The position numbers and the translations under genes were made by a program. Of a DNA stretch of 64,000 bases, positions 28,071 to 37,063 are shown piece by piece. The notes below the pieces were generated by a model. That model saw only the letters and a list, made by a program, of their open reading frames with translations, did not search any database and had not been told where the DNA came from. Every line of letters starts with the position of its first letter. Position 1 is the stretch's first letter. Source of the DNA: Methanobacteriota archaeon (GTDB taxonomy: Archaea; Thermoplasmatota; Poseidoniia; Poseidoniales; Thalassarchaeaceae); contig WTHQ01000016.1 in assembly GCA_011523055.1 (NCBI GenBank), positions 26-64,025 of the forward strand, in the 5' to 3' direction.

Positions 28071-31000
28071 GTGCACTTCGAGAACGATGTGCGAACCTCG
28101 GTTTTGATCGTCCTCCTCCTCTTGGTCGCACCATATGGGGGCTCAGCCGAGGGGGCCGAGTTACAGACATCAACCACGGTGGATCTGATTGATGGGTTGT
28201 CCCCGGTAATTCAATCATCTTTCAAGAGGGCGGTCTCAGAAGATGTCAACCTTAGTGAGCATACTGGATCTTGGATTATCCTCTCTGAGAAAAGTGAGGA
28301 GGAACTCGGACAGGTGCTCTCTGGTGGAAAGATTAGCGAAGTTGACGTCATCGATGGGGCTTACTTGTGGGTGCAGCATGATGAATCGAGCCAACTGGGA
28401 AATCTCCTTTCCTTGGAAAGATCTGGATTCATACAGCTTTTCGCCCCAGAGGAGGTGCATCGACAAACTCCTCGTTTTGTTCCAAACGACCCTGATTACC
28501 CCGACCAATGGCATCTGGACAACACCGGTCAATCAGGGGGTAGTGTTGGAGAAGATGTCAACATAACCGGAGCGTGGAATAACTTCAACGGGTCTGGTGT
28601 GACGATATCCATAATCGACGATGGCCTAGACCACAGCCATCCGGACATAAGCCCGAATTATCTCTCTTCCCTGTCCTATGACTTCTGTTCATCGGATGCG
28701 GATCCGCAGCCTGACGGGGACGACGCGCATGGAACTGCCGCAGCCGGGGTTGCTGGGGCCCTTGGCGATAACGGGGTTGATGTTGTTGGATCAGGGTTCG
28801 GGGCTAACCTCGCAGGCAGTAGGCTCATCGCATGCTGGTCACCCGACTCACTAGAGGCCCAGGCCCTCTCTTACATGCCTCAATCTATCGATATCTACTC
28901 GAACTCTTGGGGCCCCTCTGATGATGGAGCGACCCTTGCAGCCCCCGGTCCATTGACACTGGCTGCGATCGAGAGTGGGGCATACAATGGACGAGGTGGG
29001 CTCGGTAACATCTACACATGGGCTGCTGGCAATGGCCTCCAATCCCAAGACGACTCCAATGCAGACGGCTACGCAAACAGTAGATACACGATCGCGGTTA
29101 CAGCGGTCGACCACAACGGAGAGCAGTCCTACTATGCTGAACCCGGGGCCAACATCCTAGTGTCTGCGCCTTCAAATGGAGCAGGAGTCGGAATAACGAC
29201 CACTGATATTGTCGGCACCTCCGGGTATACGAGTGGCAACACTACCAATAGCTATGGCGGCACTTCGAGTGCAACGCCGCTTGTTTCAGGGGTTATCGCT
29301 CTAATCTTGGAAGCAAATCCCAACCTCACCTGGAGGGACGTACAGGACTTACTTGTGAAATCCTCTAGGAAAAATGACTTCAATGACCCATCCTGGGTCG
29401 AAAACCAAGCCGGGAATTGGTTCTCTCACAAATACGGATTCGGAGTGGTTGATGCAGGTTTGGCAACGGATCTCGCTGTTAACTGGACAATGCTCGCGCC
29501 CGAGACAAATGTGACCTATGGACCTTCTAGTTCCCCGATTCCAATTCCAGATACTGATGATTGGATTGTGTCGGATTTTGTTGTTACTGATCAACTAGAA
29601 CTGGAATCAATAGACATAATCGTGGACATAACTCATCCGAATCGAGGAGATCTAGAGATCGAGCTTGTATCTCCGCATGGGACGGTTTCGACGCTCCGGT
29701 CCCCCAACTCGGACACCGGGGCAGACATTCAGGATTGGAGTTTCGGGTCAGTTGCACACTGGGGCGAGTCCTCCAACGGAACGTGGAGCATTAGAATCAA
29801 AGACTCCGAGCCAGGGAGCACTGGGGCCTTGAATACGTGGAGCCTGGTCCTCCACGGAGTAGATACCCAGAGTGATCATGATGGAGATGGTCTGCTAACC
29901 GTGGACGAGGTTGGAACCTATGGAACCGACCCATACGATTGGGATTCAGATGATGACAGTCTTAGCGACCCGGCAGAGCTTGAGAACGGAACCGACCCAT
30001 TATCACCTGATTCTGACTTAGACGGCATTTCGGATGGATCAGAGATTTTGATTCACTTTACAGATCCACTCAACCCCGACACAGATGGGGATGGGCTACT
30101 AGATGGGCAGGAGATCATAATTCACCAAAGTGACCCCCTGATACCAGATATGGACAATGACAGTGATTTCTATTACGATTTCGACGATTGCAATGATAAC
30201 GACCCACTCATCAACCCTGGGAGGCCCGAAGTACTGAATGGCCTCGACGACGACTGCGACTTTGACGTGGACGAAGGATTCAATTTCACCGACCGAGACT
30301 TCGACGGCTTGAAGGATTGGACTGAATTTCACGTCCATCAGACGGATTACTTGAACTCGGACACTGACGGGGATGGGCTCAATGACGGAGACGAGGTTTT
30401 GGTTTTCTCAACAGACCCGCTTGTTATCGATCTTGATTCGGACCAAGATGGCAGGTACTGGTTCGAGGACTGTAATGATGCGGACCCTATGATCTCCCCC
30501 GATGGCGTTGAATTCCTGGATGGCGTGGACAATGATTGTGATGAAGATGTGGACGAGGACTTCGTGGAAACGGATCTTGATCTTGATGGGGTTAGCGACT
30601 ACGATGAGTACAACATACACCTAACAAATCCGGTTAACCCTGACTCAGATGGCGATGGGCTTGACGACGGTCACGAGATCACAACCAGCCTCACAGACCC
30701 ACTTACCTTTGACCCAGATACTGACTCGGATGGATTCTATTGGTTCGAAGACTGCGATGACGAAGATTCCAGCACCTCGCCAATCAGCCCGGAACTTCTT
30801 GACAAAAAGGACAACGACTGTGATGGGTTTTCAGATGAAGATTACATCGACAAGGACCGAGATGGAGACGGGCTATCAGACTACGATGAAGTACATCAAC
30901 ACGACACAATGCCGTTGAACAGCGATACAGATGGAGATCTCCTTCTTGATGGTGACGAGATTAACTTATTCGGAAGTGATCCGAGAGTATTTGACGAGGA

Positions 31001-31682
31001 TGGAGACCAGGATGGCTTCTACTGGTTCGAGGATTGTGATGACGAGGACTTAGCAGTCAACCCGACTGGCATCGAGATTTGGGACGGCATAGACCAAGAC
31101 TGTGATGGAGCCATAGACCAAGGCATCGACAGATCACAGAAATTGGGTCACGCTGGAGGGATTCTACCCTGGGAAGCGTCGAACGTAACGTTCCGTTTGG
31201 GAGCTCCTGAGTTCCCCGATGGTGTAGAGGCGATCACTCAATGGACGATTAATGGAGTCATTGTTAACGAATCCGAGGACGGGAGCTTGGAGTTGGACGT
31301 GCTTGACTGTGCCGAGGTTGGTCTAGACATAATCAACACCAACTTGTGCGAGTCAACGACTCCGACCTACCTTCGACTCCACATACTCGACTCTGGCGTG
31401 GAAACAACCCTGCAATGGCAGATAGAGGTGAGGCTCTGGTCACCACCCACGAGTGTACTTGAGGACGCCTTGGCCCTTGGGGAGGCATACTGGCCCGCGA
31501 TGACGGGGGTGATTTCGATCGGCGTACTTGCATTGTGCTCTGTAATCTTCTCCTCAAGGAGGAGGCAGGCCGTCTTGGATGAGGCAATTCTGTCCTATGG
31601 TGCTCCACAATCAGATGAATATTCTAAACTTCACAATAATCGGAAGGTTCCCGCCGCTCCTAACTTCAAGAGCAAAAGATGA
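28071..31682 (+). CDS. Secreted, C-terminally membrane-anchored subtilisin/kexin-like serine protease (S8) with a proprotein-convertase P-domain and an Asp-rich array of calcium/metal-binding modules
   Basis: The signal-like N-terminus is SVLIVLLLLVAPYGGSAEG. Other motifs are DPDYPDQWHL and the catalytic D (IIDDGLD), H (DAHGTAAAG) and S (GGTSSATPLVSG). The P-domain is GDLEIELVSPHGT...GTWSIRIKD...WSLVLHG. The C-terminal TM is GVISIGVLALCSVIF followed by RRRQ. Confidence 0.85.
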   Translation: MHFENDVRTSVLIVLLLLVAPYGGSAEGAELQTSTTVDLIDGLSPVIQSSFKRAVSEDVNLSEHTGSWIILSEKSEEELGQVLSGGKISEVDVIDGAYLWVQHDESSQLGNLLSLERSGFIQLFAPEEVHRQTPRFVPNDPDYPDQWHLDNTGQSGGSVGEDVNITGAWNNFNGSGVTISIIDDGLDHSHPDISPNYLSSLSYDFCSSDADPQPDGDDAHGTAAAGVAGALGDNGVDVVGSGFGANLAGSRLIACWSPDSLEAQALSYMPQSIDIYSNSWGPSDDGATLAAPGPLTLAAIESGAYNGRGGLGNIYTWAAGNGLQSQDDSNADGYANSRYTIAVTAVDHNGEQSYYAEPGANILVSAPSNGAGVGITTTDIVGTSGYTSGNTTNSYGGTSSATPLVSGVIALILEANPNLTWRDVQDLLVKSSRKNDFNDPSWVENQAGNWFSHKYGFGVVDAGLATDLAVNWTMLAPETNVTYGPSSSPIPIPDTDDWIVSDFVVTDQLELESIDIIVDITHPNRGDLEIELVSPHGTVSTLRSPNSDTGADIQDWSFGSVAHWGESSNGTWSIRIKDSEPGSTGALNTWSLVLHGVDTQSDHDGDGLLTVDEVGTYGTDPYDWDSDDDSLSDPAELENGTDPLSPDSDLDGISDGSEILIHFTDPLNPDTDGDGLLDGQEIIIHQSDPLIPDMDNDSDFYYDFDDCNDNDPLINPGRPEVLNGLDDDCDFDVDEGFNFTDRDFDGLKDWTEFHVHQTDYLNSDTDGDGLNDGDEVLVFSTDPLVIDLDSDQDGRYWFEDCNDADPMISPDGVEFLDGVDNDCDEDVDEDFVETDLDLDGVSDYDEYNIHLTNPVNPDSDGDGLDDGHEITTSLTDPLTFDPDTDSDGFYWFEDCDDEDSSTSPISPELLDKKDNDCDGFSDEDYIDKDRDGDGLSDYDEVHQHDTMPLNSDTDGDLLLDGDEINLFGSDPRVFDEDGDQDGFYWFEDCDDEDLAVNPTGIEIWDGIDQDCDGAIDQGIDRSQKLGHAGGILPWEASNVTFRLGAPEFPDGVEAITQWTINGVIVNESEDGSLELDVLDCAEVGLDIINTNLCESTTPTYLRLHILDSGVETTLQWQIEVRLWSPPTSVLEDALALGEAYWPAMTGVISIGVLALCSVIFSSRRRQAVLDEAILSYGAPQSDEYSKLHNNRKVPAAPNFKSKR
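29872..31125 (+). repeat. In-frame degenerate tandem repeats inside the S8 protease gene, with alternating TSP3-like DxDxDGxxDxxE motifs and Cys-containing MopE-like modules of about 94 aa
   Basis: Four successive units carry D-DG-(F/R)YWFEDC(D/N)D-D----P---E--DG-D-DCD---DE. Each is followed by two DxDGDG-type motifs (for example SDTDGDGLNDGDE, PDSDGDGLDDGHE, SDTDGDLLLDGDE). The repeats are visible in both the protein and the DNA. Confidence 0.6.
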
Positions 31683-31684
31683 TC

Positions 31685-33049
31685 TCAGTCGTCTTCCTCT
31701 TCAAGCGCTGAGTCATCAACGCTCGCCCAACCGGCTTGGGAGCTCTCATCCGAAGGTTGGAGATCTATATCCTCAGTCTCATCCTCCCTCCATATCGGAT
31801 CCTCTAAAATTCCACTTAACATCAATACATCGTCCTCATCTAGCCTGCTTCTGATTGTAGAAAGGCCCCTCTTCAATGGCAGCAAATGGCCTATCGGGGT
31901 TCCCGCGGTTACGAATGGGTGAGTGGCCATTCCGATTAGTAGCCCTCTACTAGGGGATCTAATCTCGACTGATTCCCTAGCGTGTTCAGGATCGGTGACC
32001 GTTGCGACGACCTCGTCGGATTCAATCAATGATCCAACGGGAGCCAATACGTCCAGCAGGCCACCATGGTCGGATCTGATCCAAACGGACCCAGAGGCGA
32101 GTAGGCGAAATCTCGGGCTGCTTGGGTAGCCTGGGATCATCCGAAGTGATCTGAGGGCGTTCAAAATACCGTATGTGGCTATCTGTACTGCATCTGAATC
32201 TATCGAGTTCGCGCCTCCTCCCTCAAATGTCACACATCCAATCTCGAATTCATTTGATATCCTCCTCAGGGAGCCCCTGGGCCCTAGTCCGTCTAGTAGA
32301 ACCTCAGTACCAAACGACCTAGCTAGCATACCACTCTTTGGATGGGCTAGGTTCGCCCTGATGTGAGGTAGATTCGTTCTGCCGCTGGCTGCAGAGTGCA
32401 GGTCAATTACGTAGTCAGTCGTTTTGATTATCTTGTTCCAAATCCTATGAGCGATCCTTTGAGTGGTGTTTCCCTCAGGTTTACCTGGAAAGAAGCGATT
32501 CAGGTCTCTGCCGTCGGGAGTGTAGCGAGTGCTGTTTCTGTAGCCTGGAAGATTCACGATTGGTACAATCCTCAAAGTTCCAGACATTGAGTTGACATCG
32601 ATTGCCTTTCCTTCTCCGAGGATCTGATTTGATTGAAGGAAAGTCAGGGCTTGGGGGCCTACAAGCTCATTCCCATGGACCGCGCCGAGTAGAGTGACCG
32701 TTGGGCCCGGTCTGACACCATGCACGACAGTGATGGGTACGGACCATGACTCGCCTATTTCCGAATCAATCAGGTTGAATGGGATCGTCCTGACCTCTCC
32801 AGGTTTAACCCCTCTCCGCTCGATTATGTGTTTCCCTTGCCCAGCTCGACGCGACCATTTTTCGGGAGAAGAGGTTTCCTCTTGCCCAGAGTCTTCTATC
32901 TCCTTGCGCCTTCTTTTCGGGATCTGGTTGACCACTTTCAACGGAGATCTCCGTCTCTTCGAGGGTCTCCTAGCACCCACAGTAGGGTCATTGGCTTCAA
33001 CAGGATCGGTCAACGTGACTACGAACAAGGGGTGCCAGATAAGTGACAC
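31685..33049 (-). CDS. Succinylglutamate desuccinylase/aspartoacylase (AstE/AspA, M14-like) family protein with a basic N-terminal and an acidic C-terminal extension
   Basis: The core is GPTVTLLGAVHGNELVGPQA...DLHSAASG. The N-terminal approximately 95 aa are rich in R/K (RRPSKRRRSPLKVVNQIPKRRRKE). The tail is EDETEDIDLQPSDE...ALEEEDD. The true start is uncertain. Confidence 0.62.
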   Translation of the reverse strand: MSLIWHPLFVVTLTDPVEANDPTVGARRPSKRRRSPLKVVNQIPKRRRKEIEDSGQEETSSPEKWSRRAGQGKHIIERRGVKPGEVRTIPFNLIDSEIGESWSVPITVVHGVRPGPTVTLLGAVHGNELVGPQALTFLQSNQILGEGKAIDVNSMSGTLRIVPIVNLPGYRNSTRYTPDGRDLNRFFPGKPEGNTTQRIAHRIWNKIIKTTDYVIDLHSAASGRTNLPHIRANLAHPKSGMLARSFGTEVLLDGLGPRGSLRRISNEFEIGCVTFEGGGANSIDSDAVQIATYGILNALRSLRMIPGYPSSPRFRLLASGSVWIRSDHGGLLDVLAPVGSLIESDEVVATVTDPEHARESVEIRSPSRGLLIGMATHPFVTAGTPIGHLLPLKRGLSTIRSRLDEDDVLMLSGILEDPIWREDETEDIDLQPSDESSQAGWASVDDSALEEEDD

Positions 33050-33102
33050 TGATGCTGCGGTCTATCCAAAACGGTTGAATTTGAAATTCTATCCGCCCCT
33101 GC

Positions 33103-33585
33103 ATGGAAGACCAGCAGGGCGAATCGGTGCAGGAGAAATATGCAAAAAATAGCATCTGTTTCGGGTGTGGACCATCCAACGATGAGGGCCTGAGGATTCG
33201 CTCCTTCAGATCCGGGAACGGACTAAAAATGGAATTCAATCCATCTGAGAAACACCAAGCTTTCCCCGGCATGATTAACGGTGGGATAATTGGCACCCTG
33301 TTGGACTGCCATGGGAACTGGACTGCTGCAATCGCACTAATGGACAGAGACGGGTTGCAAGAACCCCCTTGTACCGTAACTGCCAGCTACTCTGTGACCC
33401 TGAAGAGGCCCACCCCATATGGTGCGAAGATGTCAATTAGTGCATGGGCAATTGACCCAGATCATTGGAATGACAGGGTCAGGGTCCTCATGAGGTTGGA
33501 ATGTGAGGGGAAAGTATGCGCGGAAGGAGAGGGTCTGTTTGTAGCAGTCAAGCAAGGTCATCCAGCTTACCACAGGTGGACATGA
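33103..33585 (+). CDS. PaaI/4HBT-type hotdog-fold thioesterase
   Basis: The N-terminal motif is CFGCGPSNDEGLRIRSF, followed by GMINGGIIGTLLDCHGNW, typical of this thioesterase subgroup. The length is 160 aa. Confidence 0.68.
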   Translation: MEDQQGESVQEKYAKNSICFGCGPSNDEGLRIRSFRSGNGLKMEFNPSEKHQAFPGMINGGIIGTLLDCHGNWTAAIALMDRDGLQEPPCTVTASYSVTLKRPTPYGAKMSISAWAIDPDHWNDRVRVLMRLECEGKVCAEGEGLFVAVKQGHPAYHRWT

Positions 33586-33635
33586 CTCTGCAAGGAAACG
33601 TCATCCTTTAGCGCCCTGACACTTAGAGAGGGTCC

Positions 33636-36185
33636 ATGGTGAGCGGTGAGGGAGTCGGCACCGGTTCTTCTGAACTGGATGATGTCCTAGCTTGTGCCAT
33701 AAGAAATGTCCTTGGCATCACTGATTTTTACCCGCCACAAGCTGAAGGGATTGAGCACGGACTGACGGGAAAGAATCTGATGCTATCGATCCCAACAGCG
33801 AGTGGGAAATCTGCAGTTGCATACGTCTGCATGCTCCAGAAAATTCTGAGAAGTGAAGGCTTAAGGGGGATTTACGTAGTTCCGCTGAAAGCCTTGGCCA
33901 AGGAGAAATTCACAGAAATCAAAAAGATGTGCGCGGAACTAAATCTGACCTGTAGCCTTGCGGTCGGGGACAGAGGAAGCGAGATTGGTTCGTTGGATGA
34001 TTGGGACGTTTTGGTCTGTACCAGCGAAAGATTGGATTCCCTAATTAGGTCAAGAGGAAGCTTTCTCGACACAGTTGGCTGCATAGTCGTGGACGAGTTC
34101 CACTTGATCGATGACCATGGAAGAGGTCCGACCTTGGAGATAATCATATCAAGGGTCAAACATCAGAACCCTAGTTGTCAGATAATCGCACTGTCAGCCA
34201 CAATCGGTAACGCAGATAAAATCGCGAAATGGCTAGATGCCAAACTAGTAACGTCCGAATGGAGGCCGGTTGAGCTGAGATCGGGAACATTCTCAGACCT
34301 TAATTTGAAAATTCACAGGGTTGACGGCAAGGATCCAACCGAGTTGCCCGAACCCAGGACAATAGACGGGAACCCCAACCACATGCTTCGTGCCCTGATC
34401 TCTGATACTATTCTGGATAATGGTCAGGCTTTGGTATTCGTTAATTCAAGGGCTTCTGCCCAGAAAGAGGCAAGGGAGCTTTCGAAGCACCTGATTAGGG
34501 AAGCAAGAGCGGGGAACCCCCAAATGGCCGAGGGCTCAATCACCCTCTGGGGCGAGGTTTCCTCGAAACTCGAAAATGTCAACGAGAGCACGAGCATGGG
34601 TAGGGCGCTCTGTGAATGTGTAGCTGGGGGCGTTGGCTTCCACCACGCAGGCCTTTCCCCCAGGCAGAGGGACATCATAGAGGAGTCTTTCAAAGAAGGC
34701 TCACTAGTAGCCCTCGTCGCGACACCAACGCTCGCTCAGGGCATCAACCTCCCCTCGAGGAGAGTAATTGTACGAGACTACAGAAGATGGAATTCCGTCG
34801 CTGGCGGATCGATGCCAGTAAGGGCCATGGAGGTAAGACAGATGATGGGCAGGGCTGGAAGGCCAGGATATGATCCCTATGGAGAGGGGATTGTAATCGC
34901 AAAAAGTCCCAAAGAGGAGCAGCTAATTATTGACAGGTATATCCTTGGCGACGTGGAACCCGTGACCTCAAAATTGGCCGTTCCAGGATCCTCGAACGCA
35001 AGAGAAGACCCTGCACTGCTGACCCACATACTGGCACTGATCGCGACCGGCGGCATCGACAACAGATTCTCACTGAGTGCCTTCCTTTCCATGACCTTCC
35101 TCTCCAGCACCATACCCAAGGAAGACCTCGAGGAGAGGATAGACAGATCGATATCCTGGTTGGTTGACAACGAGATGATCGTCAGAGTCGGGGAAGATGA
35201 AAGCGTCGCAGAGATGATATCTAGTTCGAGGGAGAACAAAAACGAAATCGATCCTTGGGAAGACAACGTCCCAAACTGGGCAATGGCTGCTAGGGGGATT
35301 GTTGACCTTGAGAAAATTTCCAATTCCTTTGATCACAGAAGGAAACTGTCACCAAGAAAGGGTCCTGCTGTCTTTGGTTTCAGTCGCGCTAGCTCGATCG
35401 AGGAAAAGCAACAAAACTCCATTGAGTCTCTGACCATGTCGTATTCATCGACAATGCTTGGAATTTCAGTTGCAAGGCTGTACCTTAGCCCATTGTCTGG
35501 TAGAACGTTGTGTGATGGCCTAATCCGGGCCGGTCAGATTTTGGAAGGAATTGACAGCGTTGGCCAAATCTCCCCATTTTCATTGATCCACCTAGTATCT
35601 TCGACTGCGGACTTTCAAAGATTCTGGGTCAAAACTAGCGAAGTTCACGATATGGAGGTTGCTTCTCATGCACACGAAAGAGAGAAACTCCTGCCTATTG
35701 ATCCGATGGATGAACTAGAATCGGTAAAATCAAGTTTAGTTCTTATGGATTGGATGGAGGAGGCGAAAATGTCTGATCTGGAAAAAAAATGGGGCATTCA
35801 ACCAGGGGACCTCAGATCTAGAGTTGAGGCTGCCGAGTGGCTCCTCAGATCGTCAATCAGAATATTGAGTGACTCAAAACGTGATTTACTCAGTGATGAT
35901 TCATTGGCCTCGACATTGTTGCAAATCCTAGGAGAGGCGAGGACAAGGATACAACATGGCTGCAAATCCGATATTATCCCTCTTGTGGGAATCAGGGGTG
36001 TTGGCAGAAGCCGGGCTAGATACATGGTCACGAAGTTATCCGTTGAGTCGGTGAGGGATGTGGCCTCGATGACTGACCGTGACCTAGAGAAATTGGCTGG
36101 TGGGCAAGGATGGAGCATCAAGCTAGCCTCAGGCATAAGGGAAGAGGCAAGAAACATCATAAGATCGAGCCCTGGAAAGAATTGA
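33636..36185 (+). CDS. hel308: Hel308/Hjm-type Ski2-like DNA helicase
   Basis: Motifs are motif I PTASGKS, motif II VVDEFHLI, motif III SATIGN and motif VI QMMGRAGRPGYDPYGEG. The downstream winged-helix, ratchet and HhH-like regions are recognisable, but the protein is longer (849 aa) than the typical 690-720 aa. Confidence 0.85.
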   Translation: MVSGEGVGTGSSELDDVLACAIRNVLGITDFYPPQAEGIEHGLTGKNLMLSIPTASGKSAVAYVCMLQKILRSEGLRGIYVVPLKALAKEKFTEIKKMCAELNLTCSLAVGDRGSEIGSLDDWDVLVCTSERLDSLIRSRGSFLDTVGCIVVDEFHLIDDHGRGPTLEIIISRVKHQNPSCQIIALSATIGNADKIAKWLDAKLVTSEWRPVELRSGTFSDLNLKIHRVDGKDPTELPEPRTIDGNPNHMLRALISDTILDNGQALVFVNSRASAQKEARELSKHLIREARAGNPQMAEGSITLWGEVSSKLENVNESTSMGRALCECVAGGVGFHHAGLSPRQRDIIEESFKEGSLVALVATPTLAQGINLPSRRVIVRDYRRWNSVAGGSMPVRAMEVRQMMGRAGRPGYDPYGEGIVIAKSPKEEQLIIDRYILGDVEPVTSKLAVPGSSNAREDPALLTHILALIATGGIDNRFSLSAFLSMTFLSSTIPKEDLEERIDRSISWLVDNEMIVRVGEDESVAEMISSSRENKNEIDPWEDNVPNWAMAARGIVDLEKISNSFDHRRKLSPRKGPAVFGFSRASSIEEKQQNSIESLTMSYSSTMLGISVARLYLSPLSGRTLCDGLIRAGQILEGIDSVGQISPFSLIHLVSSTADFQRFWVKTSEVHDMEVASHAHEREKLLPIDPMDELESVKSSLVLMDWMEEAKMSDLEKKWGIQPGDLRSRVEAAEWLLRSSIRILSDSKRDLLSDDSLASTLLQILGEARTRIQHGCKSDIIPLVGIRGVGRSRARYMVTKLSVESVRDVASMTDRDLEKLAGGQGWSIKLASGIREEARNIIRSSPGKN

Positions 36186-36210
36186 TTATTCCCCTATCTG
36201 TCAAAAGGGC

Positions 36211-36768
36211 ATGGAGAGTCCGGTTCCGTGGTTTCCAATTTGGGGATTCCAACACGATTCAATAGAATCCACTGCCGGTGTCCTCTCCTCGTTTGTCTGC
36301 AATCGCCCAAATGATCGCTGGGGCCTCATGCGAGACGGGGCTGTAGCCAGCGATCGGCATGCATGGGCTGCATGGAGTATGTTGCGAAGGTTGGAGATCC
36401 GTGGCGACTGTCTCGCTCGATCTCCAGATACGGAATTCCTTAGGATAGTAGCGGGAACTGGGCAAATTTCCGAGGGGATCAAGAGAGCAGGCCTAGCAGT
36501 TGGCAGTGGGCCATCATGGATATATTTCCTACCATTGGTTCGTGGCGAGTCCCCCCTAAATAATGATGAGATCTCTACTGAGATTTACAACCAAAACACC
36601 TCAAAGGCCTTGCATTTGATTTCAAGCCTTGGAGGGGAGTTGTTGCCTAGGAGACCTGTTCCATCTCAATCGGGGTTAGCGCAAATCAACGGGACCTGGA
36701 TTGAGGGTTCACATTCAACTCTAGAAGAGTCGTTTATGTCACATCTTTCAAATTCGATAATTAATTGA
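36211..36768 (+). CDS. Hypothetical protein (185 aa, Trp-rich N-terminus), no recognisable motif
   Basis: This is the only long ORF filling the 620-nt gap after hel308, and it starts 26 nt after the hel308 stop. There is no family signature, so coding status rests on ORF length only. Confidence 0.4.
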   Translation: MESPVPWFPIWGFQHDSIESTAGVLSSFVCNRPNDRWGLMRDGAVASDRHAWAAWSMLRRLEIRGDCLARSPDTEFLRIVAGTGQISEGIKRAGLAVGSGPSWIYFLPLVRGESPLNNDEISTEIYNQNTSKALHLISSLGGELLPRRPVPSQSGLAQINGTWIEGSHSTLEESFMSHLSNSIIN

Positions 36769-36808
36769 ATCAGTCAATCTGATACGTGAGTTCAATTTGG
36801 GATGACCA

Positions 36809-37054
36809 ATGTCAAGGTTCTACGGCTATGGTGTCTGCTCTGTCTGTGAGGTTGGTTGCACTAAGGGCAATTATATTGACCACTCCGGAGTTAGATACTG
36901 CTCTGCTTGTTGGACAGAAAAGGAAAATCCTGACCATCCAGATCTGGAAAAAATGAGGAAGGAAGTCAAAGAAGCTGCTGAGCAATGGAAGCGACAGAAA
37001 TACACCAAAGATGATGGGCCATTGCCAATAGGCCCATATTCTCATAGAAACTAG
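36809..37054 (+). CDS. Small zinc-ribbon protein (81 aa) with a Lys/Glu-rich C-terminal helix
   Basis: Two cysteine pairs are present: CSVC...(16 aa)...CSAC. It lies in an intergenic position directly upstream of the M3 peptidase gene. Confidence 0.5.
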   Translation: MSRFYGYGVCSVCEVGCTKGNYIDHSGVRYCSACWTEKENPDHPDLEKMRKEVKEAAEQWKRQKYTKDDGPLPIGPYSHRN

Positions 37055-37063
37055 GTGTGATTG

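Noticed and set aside
29872-31125. Regularly spaced repeats that might be taken for a CRISPR-like or satellite array.
   Set aside because: The repeats are about 280 nt long, degenerate, and in frame within one long ORF. They encode Asp-rich protein modules, and there are no short direct repeats with unique spacers.
37019-37054. The C-terminal PLPIGPYSH of the 81-aa zinc-ribbon protein resembles the conserved PIGPYSQA N-terminal motif of RidA/YjgF proteins, which could hint at a truncated ridA remnant.
   Set aside because: Only about 6 residues match, the ORF stops immediately, and none of the three downstream frames continues with RidA-like sequence. It is most likely coincidence.
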